Source: a virus
Virus record (IMG/VR): IMGVR_UViG_3300042887_000633
Reading direction: 5' to 3' (one strand)
Length of the DNA: 35,025 nt
The translations under genes and the position numbers were made by a program. A model generated the notes under the pieces. That model saw only the letters and a program-made list of their open reading frames with translations. It was not told the origin of the DNA and made no database searches. This document shows, in pieces, positions 23,951 through 32,717 of this stretch. Numbering within the stretch: position 1 is the stretch's first letter; each line of letters starts with the position of its first letter.

Positions 23951-24828
23951 TCACGGTCAATTTTGATACAGCAAAACTAAGTGGACTGCTTGCTGAATTA
24001 GCTGCGACGGCAAAAGTAGACCTCGGAAAAGTTATTAAATCCGAGGGCGGTAATCTTGCTAGGAATTTGATGCTTATCATTCCTCCCACGACTGGGAAAG
24101 GAACAGAGATAAATCCTCAAAAGAATCCACGAGGCGCTGGACTAACTAAGTCAGCACAAGAGCAGGGTTTTAATGCCATCAAAAGCGATTTATTCGGTGG
24201 ATCAAAAATGGCTAAAGGCGGTTCAACGATTGGACTGTTTCAAACTATCGGCGGTTCAAAATTAACGGAACCGCGTAATCAAAAAAGCCAAACGCTACGA
24301 GTTAGCTTGGGATGGGAAGCGAGTCGGAGCATCAAGATCATGGCAAGATTTTGGAGACCAGAAGCTACTAAAGGGCAAATGGCGGTATTTAGAAAACAAT
24401 TCAGAAACAAATACGGACGAACAGGACAGGTTTCATCTAGCGTGATTGGTCGCTGGAAGGTTCAAGATCAAATGTGGGTCAGTCAACAAAGCGCCGATGC
24501 GTATTTTAACATCTTAAAAAATCGAGTTGGTTGGAATAAATCTGGTTTTGCTGCTGCCGCTATCGCTTGCGGGATTCGCATTCCGGCGTGGATCAAAAAA
24601 CACTCACGTTCATCTGGGCGGGTTTCGTATAACTTCGGGCCAAATCCATTTGTGATTGCAACGGCATCTAAGAATTCAATTCCCAATTTGCAGCGTTATG
24701 TTGACGGAGCTTTGATCGCTAGAGAAAAAATTACCTTACAAAAAATAAACCGCATCTATGGAAACAAGGCGGTCAATTTAGGATTTGCGAAAGTTAGAGG
24801 CGATGGAACAATCGACTACAATAAATAA
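23947..24828 (+). CDS. Virion protein of unknown role (connector / tail-completion position)
   Basis: ATG 23947 overlaps the upstream stop as ATGA. 293 aa. The N-terminal segment MITVNFDTAKLSGLLAELAATAKVDLGKVIKSEGGNLARN resembles HK97 gp10-type tail-completion proteins. The gene is markedly AT-richer than its flanks. Confidence 0.35.
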   Translation: MITVNFDTAKLSGLLAELAATAKVDLGKVIKSEGGNLARNLMLIIPPTTGKGTEINPQKNPRGAGLTKSAQEQGFNAIKSDLFGGSKMAKGGSTIGLFQTIGGSKLTEPRNQKSQTLRVSLGWEASRSIKIMARFWRPEATKGQMAVFRKQFRNKYGRTGQVSSSVIGRWKVQDQMWVSQQSADAYFNILKNRVGWNKSGFAAAAIACGIRIPAWIKKHSRSSGRVSYNFGPNPFVIATASKNSIPNLQRYVDGALIAREKITLQKINRIYGNKAVNLGFAKVRGDGTIDYNK

Positions 24829-25259
24829 TGAGCATCCGCACAAACATCCGCACCGCTACCGCTAACGCTTTGACTGGCGCGAGCGTAGTTGTCACCGCAA
24901 ACATTCTTAAAGGTCGTAACAACACGATTGCCAGCGTCAGTTTTCCGTCGGCTGCGGTCTACGCCGTGCAAGAGCAGATCGAGGTGCGATCACTAGCGCC
25001 ATCGAATCGCGTGCAATATCGCCAGCTTTCCTTGATGGTCGATTACTTCATCGCAGAAAGCGGAACCTACCTGATCGACGACCTATTCGATACCGGCAGC
25101 GCAGCGGTCGAGGCAGCGGTTTTAGCTGATCCTACCCTCGGTGGCGTATGCTCCGACCTACATTTGACAACGGTCGATTATGTGATCGAGCCAGATGAAG
25201 ATCGGCGCTGGGGCGTCGCTCGTCACACTTTTAACTGCATCTACTTAACCCAAGACTAA
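24828..25259 (+). CDS. Tail terminator (gpU position, DUF3168-like)
   Basis: 143 aa, immediately upstream of the tube gene. The pattern fits (ANALTGASVVVTANI ... LSLMVDYF ... AAVLADPTLGG). Confidence 0.5.
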   Translation: MSIRTNIRTATANALTGASVVVTANILKGRNNTIASVSFPSAAVYAVQEQIEVRSLAPSNRVQYRQLSLMVDYFIAESGTYLIDDLFDTGSAAVEAAVLADPTLGGVCSDLHLTTVDYVIEPDEDRRWGVARHTFNCIYLTQD

Positions 25260-25260
25260 T

Positions 25261-25647
25261 ATGGCAAACCATCTAGGACGCGAAGGGATCGTAAAGATTT
25301 CTAGCACTACCATCGGCGAGTTGAAAAATTACTCGCTTTCACATTCCTCTGACACCGTTGAGGATTCTATTATCGGCGACATCTACCGCACGCGGGTCGC
25401 GACCATGAAAATGTGGTCAGTCTCCGGCGATATGTTCTGGGATGAGGCCGATGCCGGTCAGCTTCTAATGACCATTGGCAGCAGCGTGACGCTTAACCTC
25501 TACCCAGAGGGGGCAACGACTGGTGACGTGTATTACAGCGGCAGCGCAATCGTCACCAAGTTCGATGTCACCGCAAACTTCGATGGTCTGGTCGAGGCTT
25601 CGACCGCATTTGAGGGCAATGGCGTTCTGTCAACTGTCACGGCTTAA
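25261..25647 (+). CDS. Major tail tube protein
   Basis: 128 aa, upstream of the chaperone pair and tape measure. IGELKNYSLSHSSDTVEDSIIGD ... YYSGSAIVTKFDVTANFDGLVEASTAFEGNG fits siphovirus and GTA tube proteins. Confidence 0.65.
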   Translation: MANHLGREGIVKISSTTIGELKNYSLSHSSDTVEDSIIGDIYRTRVATMKMWSVSGDMFWDEADAGQLLMTIGSSVTLNLYPEGATTGDVYYSGSAIVTKFDVTANFDGLVEASTAFEGNGVLSTVTA

Positions 25648-25662
25648 TCTGAGGAATAAACA

Positions 25663-25986
25663 ATGGACGCAATCGACTTAGTTCGGGAACATTTCACGTC
25701 ACTCAGCACTAAATGCATCGACGTTCCAGAATGGAAGCTCAAGATTTATTCGACACCAGTAACGCTGGGAGAAAAGAATCGTCTCTACCGCAAGTCAAAG
25801 GACAGCGACATGGAGTTGCTGGTGGATATTTTAATTGCCAAGGCGCAAAACGCCGAGGGCGTTAAGCTATTCACCATCGAGCATCGGATCACGTTCCTCA
25901 ACAAAGCCGATAGCAACGTGGTTGCTCGCGTCGCAAATGCTATTCTCTCCGAAGATTCTCCTAAAGTTGATGATCTAAAAAACTAA
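25663..25986 (+). CDS. Tail assembly chaperone (gpG-like, zero-frame product)
   Basis: 107 aa, acidic, between the tube and tape measure genes. GAGGA lies 8 nt upstream of the ATG. The gene ends at a slippery A_AAA_AAC followed by TAA. Confidence 0.65.
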   Translation: MDAIDLVREHFTSLSTKCIDVPEWKLKIYSTPVTLGEKNRLYRKSKDSDMELLVDILIAKAQNAEGVKLFTIEHRITFLNKADSNVVARVANAILSEDSPKVDDLKN

Positions 25987-26144
25987 TCGGCGGCGAGCAA
26001 GGAGCCGACCTTCTCGCCGTTTACGCAATCGCGGAACGACTCGGCAAGTTCGCTTATGAAGTATTGGAAATGCCAGCCGAGGAGTTTTCCGGCTGGCTTG
26101 CTTATATAAATCACCTAAATCGACTCAAAAAAAATGGCCGCTGA
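25663..26144 (+). CDS. Tail assembly chaperone, predicted -1 frameshift product (gpGT-like)
   Basis: After a -1 slip at 25977-25983 the frame stays open to TGA 26142-26144. It encodes ...KKLIGGEQGADLLAVYAIAERLGKFAYEVLEMPAEEFSGWLAYINHLNRLKKNGR. The stop overlaps the tape-measure start. Confidence 0.55.
25977..25983 (+). other. Slippery heptamer A_AAA_AAC (programmed -1 frameshift site)
   Basis: The zero-frame codons are cta aaa aac taa, which fits the X_XXY_YYZ pattern in the correct phase. Confidence 0.55.
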
Positions 26145-27507
26145 AGCAACATTCCATATTAGAGCAGTCGATGCCACGAGGTCTGGCTTTGCCAGCGTGC
26201 AAAGCAGTTTGAGCAGAATTCAAAAATCAGCTAAAACAATTTCTGCAAATCTTGGAACGATGTTCGGAGCAACGGTTGCTATCGCTGGTGTTCAAAAATT
26301 AAATCAAGCCTTGGAAAGCGTTGAAACTAACGCTAAAAATTACGGATTATCTGCAGAGGAAATTGCTCGCGTTACGCGGTCAACTGGCGCGTTAGACGAA
26401 GGAGCCAAGCAGTTAAAACTTGGCATAGCAAATGCAGTAACGGCAATGCTGGAATTAAAAGATTCTGTCCTAGGCGTTGATAAAGTAGAAAACATTAATC
26501 TCGCCGAAAAAGTAATGGCCGAGCGAGATATTCCAAAAATAAAAGAAATAAACGAGGCGTTTGCAGATTTAACACGAAGCACGATGGCGCTTGGAAAAAG
26601 CGATGTATCAAAATTTATTACTATAGGTGAAGAAATAAAAAAAATAGGAAGCAAGGTTGATTTACCATCTCAAAGCGCTGGGTTGAATTCAGCACAACGC
26701 AGATTTGAAATTGAAAAATTGTTAAACGAACAACGGCAAATTTCAACCTCAATGATGGAAGAAGGTAAAAACTTAGAAAAAGACCTTAGTGAAGCAAAAG
26801 ATAAATTAAATGCATCAACAAAAACAGAAATTGAACAGCAGAAAGACATAGTTTCTGGGATCGAGTATTACCAGCTGGTTGTAGATTCACTAACGCAGTC
26901 GATGCAGGAATTTTATGATAAAAAAACTGGAATTCTAGTATTAGATGAAGAATCAATAGGTTTATACGATGCTCAAAACATAGCGACAAAAGAGTTGATT
27001 CGCTTAATTGGTTTAAGAAAAATTGCTGAAACTGATTTTCAAATAATCGCAAAGAATACAGGCGACATTTTATCAAGCGGATTTGAGGACGCTATTTTTT
27101 CTGGTCAAAAATTAAGGGAAGTAATCAAAGCACTTGGTTTAGATTTGGTGCGGATGGTGTTTCAACAAACTGTTACAACGCCAATGGCTGCGGGCGTTTC
27201 TAGTTTCTTGCAAAATATGTTCAAGGCTTCAGGCGGCCCAGTATCTTCCGGCTCACCTTACGTCGTTGGCGAGAAAGGCCCAGAGCTATTCGTGCCAAAC
27301 AGCAGCGGCTCGATTATTCCAAATAGCAAGATGGGCAGCGGTTCTAGCGGCGCTGGCGGCACAAACGTCAACATAACCTACAACATTGCGTCCGGCGTTT
27401 CGCGCTCCGATCTCGCTCCGATCCTTGAACAGCAACGCAAATTGCTCAAAGCAGAGATTCCCGACATGGTTCGTCGCGGAGGTGGCTATCGTGCAGCGTT
27501 TGCTTAA
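26134..27507 (+). CDS. Tape measure protein
   Basis: 457 aa, helical, with a hydrophobic segment MFGATVAIAGV. The C-terminal segment GSPYVVGEKGPELFVPNSSGSIIP is the conserved tape-measure motif. The position is canonical. Confidence 0.8.
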   Translation: MAAEATFHIRAVDATRSGFASVQSSLSRIQKSAKTISANLGTMFGATVAIAGVQKLNQALESVETNAKNYGLSAEEIARVTRSTGALDEGAKQLKLGIANAVTAMLELKDSVLGVDKVENINLAEKVMAERDIPKIKEINEAFADLTRSTMALGKSDVSKFITIGEEIKKIGSKVDLPSQSAGLNSAQRRFEIEKLLNEQRQISTSMMEEGKNLEKDLSEAKDKLNASTKTEIEQQKDIVSGIEYYQLVVDSLTQSMQEFYDKKTGILVLDEESIGLYDAQNIATKELIRLIGLRKIAETDFQIIAKNTGDILSSGFEDAIFSGQKLREVIKALGLDLVRMVFQQTVTTPMAAGVSSFLQNMFKASGGPVSSGSPYVVGEKGPELFVPNSSGSIIPNSKMGSGSSGAGGTNVNITYNIASGVSRSDLAPILEQQRKLLKAEIPDMVRRGGGYRAAFA

Positions 27508-27515
27508 TAAACATC

Positions 27516-28097
27516 ATGGCAATTTCATACCCACTCACACCTCCGGCGGCGCTTGTTGCGTCTAAATTGATGATTACTGGCGTGAGTTCCACGCGTCGGA
27601 ATATCTCGCCTTACACGTTGCAATCTCAGCAATACAACTGGACTGGGCAAGGCTGGCTCGGCTCGGTCGAGTGTCCACCGATGGTGCGTGCTGATGCAGA
27701 GGCGGTGATCGGGTTTCTGCTCGCAGCGCAACGCGGCACATTCTACTTTCAAGATTACGCAAATCCAAATCCTCGCGGTGCAGTCACCGGCACGTTGCTT
27801 GTCTCAAGTGCGACGGCTAATGATACGACGCTCGGCTTCAGCGGCGCGACTGGCAATTTCGCGGTCGGCGACTGGATACAAATCTCGACCTCGCTTTACA
27901 AGGTGATCCAAGTCAACTCGTCATCGAGTGTGGACTTGTTTCCGTTGTTGCGTGCGAGTTACGCGGTCAGCACGCCGATCACGAAGGTCAACGCAAAAGG
28001 CGTATTCCGACTCGCTGAACCTTCGACGCAATGGAGTATCGAGTTAGCTAACATTTACGGCATGAGCTTCAGCGTGGTCGAGGACATCGCATCATGA
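27516..28097 (+). CDS. Distal tail protein (gpM position; RcGTA g12 / DUF2460-like)
   Basis: 193 aa, the first gene after the tape measure. The assignment rests on synteny and size. Confidence 0.45.
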   Translation: MAISYPLTPPAALVASKLMITGVSSTRRNISPYTLQSQQYNWTGQGWLGSVECPPMVRADAEAVIGFLLAAQRGTFYFQDYANPNPRGAVTGTLLVSSATANDTTLGFSGATGNFAVGDWIQISTSLYKVIQVNSSSSVDLFPLLRASYAVSTPITKVNAKGVFRLAEPSTQWSIELANIYGMSFSVVEDIAS

Positions 28098-28738
28098 GCA
28101 TCACAACCGCTGGCAGATCATTGAGCAATGACATGGTGACTGAGGTTTCTGCGTCACAACTAACACCGATCTTGTTAGCGTCGTTGGAGTTTTCTCCGGT
28201 GATTTATCTTTGGAGTGGTTATGGAAATCTGGTCTACAATTCGATCACTTATTTGGGGACTGGTGAATTTGGAACGATCTCACCTATCGAGGAAACGACC
28301 GATCTTTCGTCTCGCGGAATTTCTTTGGAACTTTCAGGTGTTTCAACAACGCTAATTGCTGAAGCTCTTACAGAAAATTACCAAGGCAAAAACTGCACGG
28401 TGCTATTCGGTGCGTTGAATTCAAGCGCGGCGCTGGTATCGACACCGATTACGATCTTCTCTGGTCGAATGGACGTGATGAATATCTCGGATGACGGAAC
28501 ATCGCAGACGCTAACGATGACGGCTGAGAATCGGTTAATGGATTTTAGGCGTCCTCGCGAGGTTCGTTACACACATCAAGAGCAGTTGCAGTTACGAGCC
28601 AGCGCAACCATCGCCGATCTTGGTTTAATTTACGTCAATGCTATCCAAGAAAAAGAAATTTACTGGGGCAATGAAAAGCTCGCTGCTCCAGTAATGAGTA
28701 ATGGCGGCGGCGACTATGGCCCAACAGAATACGCATGA
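28094..28738 (+). CDS. Tail tip hub protein (gpL position; DUF2163-like)
   Basis: 214 aa, ATGA-coupled. LEFSPVIYLWSGYGNLVYNSITYLGTGEFGTISPIEETTDLSSRGISLELSG ... IFSGRMDVM ... YWG fits the L / g13 pattern. Confidence 0.5.
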   Translation: MSITTAGRSLSNDMVTEVSASQLTPILLASLEFSPVIYLWSGYGNLVYNSITYLGTGEFGTISPIEETTDLSSRGISLELSGVSTTLIAEALTENYQGKNCTVLFGALNSSAALVSTPITIFSGRMDVMNISDDGTSQTLTMTAENRLMDFRRPREVRYTHQEQLQLRASATIADLGLIYVNAIQEKEIYWGNEKLAAPVMSNGGGDYGPTEYA

Positions 28739-29157
28739 TGACGCGCAAACAAAACTGGACTGACGAGCTAGTCGCTTTCATCGAGGAGCGTCGGCACGAG
28801 CCGTTCGCGTGGGCGAAGAACGATTGTTGCTTGTTTGCGTGCGACTGGATTAAGCGTGCGACTGGAACTGATCCGGCGTTTCAACTGCGCGATCAATATC
28901 ATTCCGCAATCTCAGCGCATCGACTTATCAAGAAGCACGGCGGCATTATCGGAATCGTGCGTAACTACGGAGAGCCATGCGGGATCGAGCGCATCGAGTC
29001 ATCAATGGCGCGGCGCGGTGATATTATCGTGAGCGATTGCGGAGATGGCGACTGCATCGGGGTTGTTGTAGGCGCAGAAGCGGCTTTTGTTGGAGTTAGC
29101 GGATTGCTTTTTAATACGCTAAACGGAGAAAAGAAATCAACCTGCTGGAGACTTTAA
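28735..29157 (+). CDS. NlpC/P60-like tail tip protein (gpK / RcGTA g14 position)
   Basis: 140 aa, ATGA-coupled. PFAWAKNDCCLFACDWIKRATG (candidate catalytic Cys) and ARRGDIIV are typical of this family. Confidence 0.55.
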   Translation: MMTRKQNWTDELVAFIEERRHEPFAWAKNDCCLFACDWIKRATGTDPAFQLRDQYHSAISAHRLIKKHGGIIGIVRNYGEPCGIERIESSMARRGDIIVSDCGDGDCIGVVVGAEAAFVGVSGLLFNTLNGEKKSTCWRL

Positions 29158-29161
29158 TTTT

Positions 29162-32100
29162 ATGCCACAGGCATTACCCCTTTTACTCACTAAGATTGTT
29201 GTCGCAATAAAAGCAATTACGGTTGCTTCCATTCTGAAGTTTGTCGCGGTTACTGCTGCATCGATGGCGGTGTCAAAGCTGCTCGCGCCTAAAGCTCCGA
29301 GCTTTGCGGATTCATCTCTCTCGACTCGCTCGCAGATGATCCGTTCGCCGATCTCGGCACGGCAAGTGATTTACGGTCAATGCAAAGCGTCAGGCGTGAT
29401 CGTTTACATCTCGACGACTGGAACAAAAAACGAGTTCCTGCATCTCGTGATTGCGATTGCCGGTCATGAGTGCGAAGAACTCGGCGACGTTTATCTCAAC
29501 GACGAGAAAATTATTACAGGCTCCGGCAACACGGTCGATGGCGGCAGCAAATATCTTAACAAGATTTCAATCGTTAAGCATCTTGGAACGACTCCGCAGA
29601 CGGCTGACGCGGCGTTAATTGCTGCGACGACCGGCTTAACCGCTGACACAGGGCAATGGACTTCCGCGCATCGCTTAGACGGCATCACTTACATTTATGC
29701 TCAACTAACTTGGGACGCGGAAATCTATGTCGGCGGCATCCCAAATATCTCGTGCGTCGTGAAGGGGAAAAAGGTTTATGATCCGCGCACGACGACAACG
29801 GTTTACTCCGCGAATCCTGCGCTCGCGGTGCGTGATTATTTATTGAACACGAGCATCGGCATGGCGATGACGAGCGCGGAGGTTGATGACACTTCGATCA
29901 CGGTTGCGGCAAATGTTTGCGACGAGCAGGTGCAGATTCTGCCAGCGTCGCCGGTAGTCTACGAAAACCGTTACGAGGCTAACGGCGTGATCATTACGAG
30001 CGCAGCGCCGGATGAGAACATCGGCAAGCTACTCAGCGCAATGGGCGGTATGATTGCTTACTCCGGCGGCAAGATAGTCGTATATGCAGCAAGCTATCGC
30101 ACGCCTACCGTTACGCTTTCCGAGAAGCATTTCGTCGGCCCACTCAATGTGCAGACACGAATCAGCGCACGCGATCGCGTGAACTCGGTCAAGGGGGTTT
30201 ATGTCAGCGAGTCGAACGACTGGCAGGTGACAGACTTCCCAGCGGTCACATCCGCGACCTACGTCAGCGAGGACAACAGCATCGTTTATTTCCGCGACGT
30301 GGTCTTGCCGTTCACGACTTCGCCTAGTTGCGCTCAGCGTCTCTCGGTGATTGAGTTGCGTCGCGCACGCGAGGAGATCACCTTCAGCGCACGCTTCCGG
30401 CTAGAGGCAATGCAGGTTCGCGCAGGCGACACGGTGATGATCACGAACGCCAAGCTCGGCTGGAGCGCAAAGGTATTTGAGGTGATCGAGTGGCACTTCG
30501 CGACCGAGGGCGAACCACCGTTGCTCTATGTTGACATGACGCTCAAAGAAACCGCGTCGACCGTTTACTCGTGGACGACGGCAGACGAGATTTACGTCGC
30601 GGATGCGCCCAACACTAATCTGATCGACCCGCGCAATCCATCGGCTCCGACCTCGCTCACGCTAACGGCGAACGGCACGACGCAACTGATCCAAGAGGAC
30701 GGCACGGTAACCTCGCGCATCAAGGCGAACTGGGTCGCGCCGAGCGATGAATTCATCCAGTCCGGCGGCATGGTCGTGATGGAATATAAGCCAAGCGCAT
30801 CGACGACCTACATAACGTGGTCACGCAACGAAGGCACAGCGACCGAGGATTTCATCAGCGGCGACATCAAGATCGGTCTGACCTATAACGTGCGGCTTTA
30901 TGGCGAGAGTTACTTCGGGGTTAGCACGAGCTACCTGACCGGCAGCGTGAACGTGACTGGCAGCACGACCGCGCCATCGGCTCCGGCTAATCTAGTAGCA
31001 GCATCAGGCGCGGGACTGATCGCGCTCGACTGGGACGACAACACGGAGCCAAACATCCTGACGTATTATTTATACCGCAGCACGACAAACAATTTTGCGG
31101 CATCGACAACGATCTGGAACGGATACGCCAGCGGTCGAAACGATGTCGTGATCACGGCCAGCACCACCTTCTTTTATTTTGTCAAAGCCGAGGACACGCT
31201 CGGCAATCTTTCGGCGGCGTCAACCGTGGCTTCAGCGCAAGCAAGCGCGGCGGGATCAAACGGCGCAAACGTCGCCTTTGCTTTTCTTTATCAGCGCAGC
31301 GCGACGCAGCCAGCGCAGCCAGCGAGTGCGCTAACCTTTACTTTCTCGACCGGCTTGCTTAGCGGATCACTCGGATCATACACGCAGACGGTTCCGGCTG
31401 GCACGCTTCCGATTTACGTTTGCACGGCGACTGCATCTAGCACGAGCGCGACCGATACGATCGCCGCATCAGAGTGGGCGACTGCGGTCATCCTCGCGGA
31501 GAATGGCGCAGCGGGTGCAGCTGGTGCGGCAGGACTAAACGTCGCTTCGGCTTTAATTTATCAGCGCAGTGCAACCTCACCTGCGGTTCCTGCATCGACG
31601 CTCACATTCACCTTCAGCACAGGCGTGTTAAGTGGATCGCTCTCGCCGTGGACACAATACATACCAACGGTGAACGGTCAGCCGTGCTGGGTTACATTTG
31701 CGACCGCGAGCAGCACGACTGCAAGCGACACGATCACGAGTGGCGAGTGGGCTGCGGTAACGAAGTTGGTCGAAGATGGTGCAAACGGCACGAACGGCAC
31801 CAATGGCACGAACGGAACTAACGGCACGAATGGGGCTGCGGTCACCTCGGTCAGCGGATCGTTCAGCACCATCGGATTAAATTCCGGCGGTCAGTCTACG
31901 GTCGTCACGTTGGCGAAAACTCCGGTGAACACCGTCGTGTTAGTCGTAGCAAATGTCGTGATGGAAAACTTAGACGCGGTCGCAGATACCGGCGTGACCG
32001 TGAGAATTTTCCGCGACTCAACCGTGATAAAACTTTTCCCGAATTTTAGTTTGTCGGCGTATGAAACTTCCGCGAACGAGAATTTGAGTTTTGCTGACAC

Positions 32101-32206
32101 GGGGCTGACGGCGAACGTCTCCTACAGCTATACCATCAAAGCATATCGAACGGTCAGCGGCGCAACGATTGATTGTCAGAGCGCAGACCTGACGTTGTCG
32201 GGTTGA
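29162..32206 (+). CDS. Host specificity / central tail fibre protein (gpJ-like; RcGTA g15-like)
   Basis: 1014 aa. RQVIYGQCKASGVIVYISTTG...HLVIAIAGHECEELGDVYLNDEKI and DGITYIYAQLTWDAEIYVGGIPNISCVVKGKKVYDPRT match the Phage-tail_3 host-specificity pattern. The C-terminal part has an FN3-like domain, tandem repeats and Gly-X-Y tracts. Confidence 0.8.
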   Translation: MPQALPLLLTKIVVAIKAITVASILKFVAVTAASMAVSKLLAPKAPSFADSSLSTRSQMIRSPISARQVIYGQCKASGVIVYISTTGTKNEFLHLVIAIAGHECEELGDVYLNDEKIITGSGNTVDGGSKYLNKISIVKHLGTTPQTADAALIAATTGLTADTGQWTSAHRLDGITYIYAQLTWDAEIYVGGIPNISCVVKGKKVYDPRTTTTVYSANPALAVRDYLLNTSIGMAMTSAEVDDTSITVAANVCDEQVQILPASPVVYENRYEANGVIITSAAPDENIGKLLSAMGGMIAYSGGKIVVYAASYRTPTVTLSEKHFVGPLNVQTRISARDRVNSVKGVYVSESNDWQVTDFPAVTSATYVSEDNSIVYFRDVVLPFTTSPSCAQRLSVIELRRAREEITFSARFRLEAMQVRAGDTVMITNAKLGWSAKVFEVIEWHFATEGEPPLLYVDMTLKETASTVYSWTTADEIYVADAPNTNLIDPRNPSAPTSLTLTANGTTQLIQEDGTVTSRIKANWVAPSDEFIQSGGMVVMEYKPSASTTYITWSRNEGTATEDFISGDIKIGLTYNVRLYGESYFGVSTSYLTGSVNVTGSTTAPSAPANLVAASGAGLIALDWDDNTEPNILTYYLYRSTTNNFAASTTIWNGYASGRNDVVITASTTFFYFVKAEDTLGNLSAASTVASAQASAAGSNGANVAFAFLYQRSATQPAQPASALTFTFSTGLLSGSLGSYTQTVPAGTLPIYVCTATASSTSATDTIAASEWATAVILAENGAAGAAGAAGLNVASALIYQRSATSPAVPASTLTFTFSTGVLSGSLSPWTQYIPTVNGQPCWVTFATASSTTASDTITSGEWAAVTKLVEDGANGTNGTNGTNGTNGTNGAAVTSVSGSFSTIGLNSGGQSTVVTLAKTPVNTVVLVVANVVMENLDAVADTGVTVRIFRDSTVIKLFPNFSLSAYETSANENLSFADTGLTANVSYSYTIKAYRTVSGATIDCQSADLTLSG
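31778..31831 (+). repeat. Imperfect 9-bp tandem repeat x6 encoding (G-A/T-N)6
   Basis: ggtgcaaac ggcacgaac ggcaccaat ggcacgaac ggaactaac ggcacgaat encodes GANGTNGTNGTNGTNGTN. Confidence 0.9.
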
Positions 32207-32276
32207 TGTGATTAGTTTTGGATACAAGAGACGCGGTGAACGATTGCGTTTACATCGCAGCTTCGCGCCAGCATAG

Positions 32277-32355
32277 TAACTTTGGTGCTTTCGTAAGTCT
32301 TTGATACTTAAAGACTAGGACAAGGCAGGAAAATAAGTAAGCGAATAGTCTTTAA
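32277..32355. promoter_or_regulatory. Promoter-like TAACTTTG followed by three copies of an (T)AGTCTTT(AA) operator-like motif
   Basis: TAACTTTG lies at 32277-32284. AGTCTTT lies at 32296-32302. TTAAAGACTA lies at 32308-32317. Its exact reverse complement, TAGTCTTTAA, lies at 32346-32355. Confidence 0.4.
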
Positions 32356-32422
32356 CTAATCTGGGAATCGGTTTTGATCGTCACATCGAAGGGAATTAAC
32401 CCTAAGACAAAAACCCTCAAAT

Positions 32423-32716
32423 ATGAAAGCGACCAAAACAACGTTTAAAAAGTTCATCAAAGAAACCGAGAATTTGTTCATCGGATACCGGCAGGAATAT
32501 GGTGACGGCAATACCGTTTCGATACGCAACGACAGATTCATGCCGATCGAGACGACCGACATTCACATGGAACACACCTACGGCATTAGCGACATTTGGT
32601 TAGTCGGATCGGGTCGGGATTATTTCGAAACCTTTTCACGAGACGGAATGGACTGCATCAGCATTTCAAACTGCTGCGGCGTTTCGATCTTAGCTAAAAC
32701 TTCAATCAGCGCCTAA
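32423..32716 (+). CDS. Hypothetical protein
   Basis: 97 aa (MKATKTTFKKFIKETENLFIGYRQEYGDGNTVS...). It is the first gene after the 216-bp non-coding region and is AT-rich. Confidence 0.5.
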   Translation: MKATKTTFKKFIKETENLFIGYRQEYGDGNTVSIRNDRFMPIETTDIHMEHTYGISDIWLVGSGRDYFETFSRDGMDCISISNCCGVSILAKTSISA

Positions 32717-32717
32717 T

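Noticed and set aside
32237-32254. Small hairpin GTGAACG-attg-CGTTTAC just after the J-like gene, as a possible late-operon terminator
   Set aside because: The stem is only 7 bp with one G-U pair, and no downstream T-run is present. It is not distinguishable from chance.
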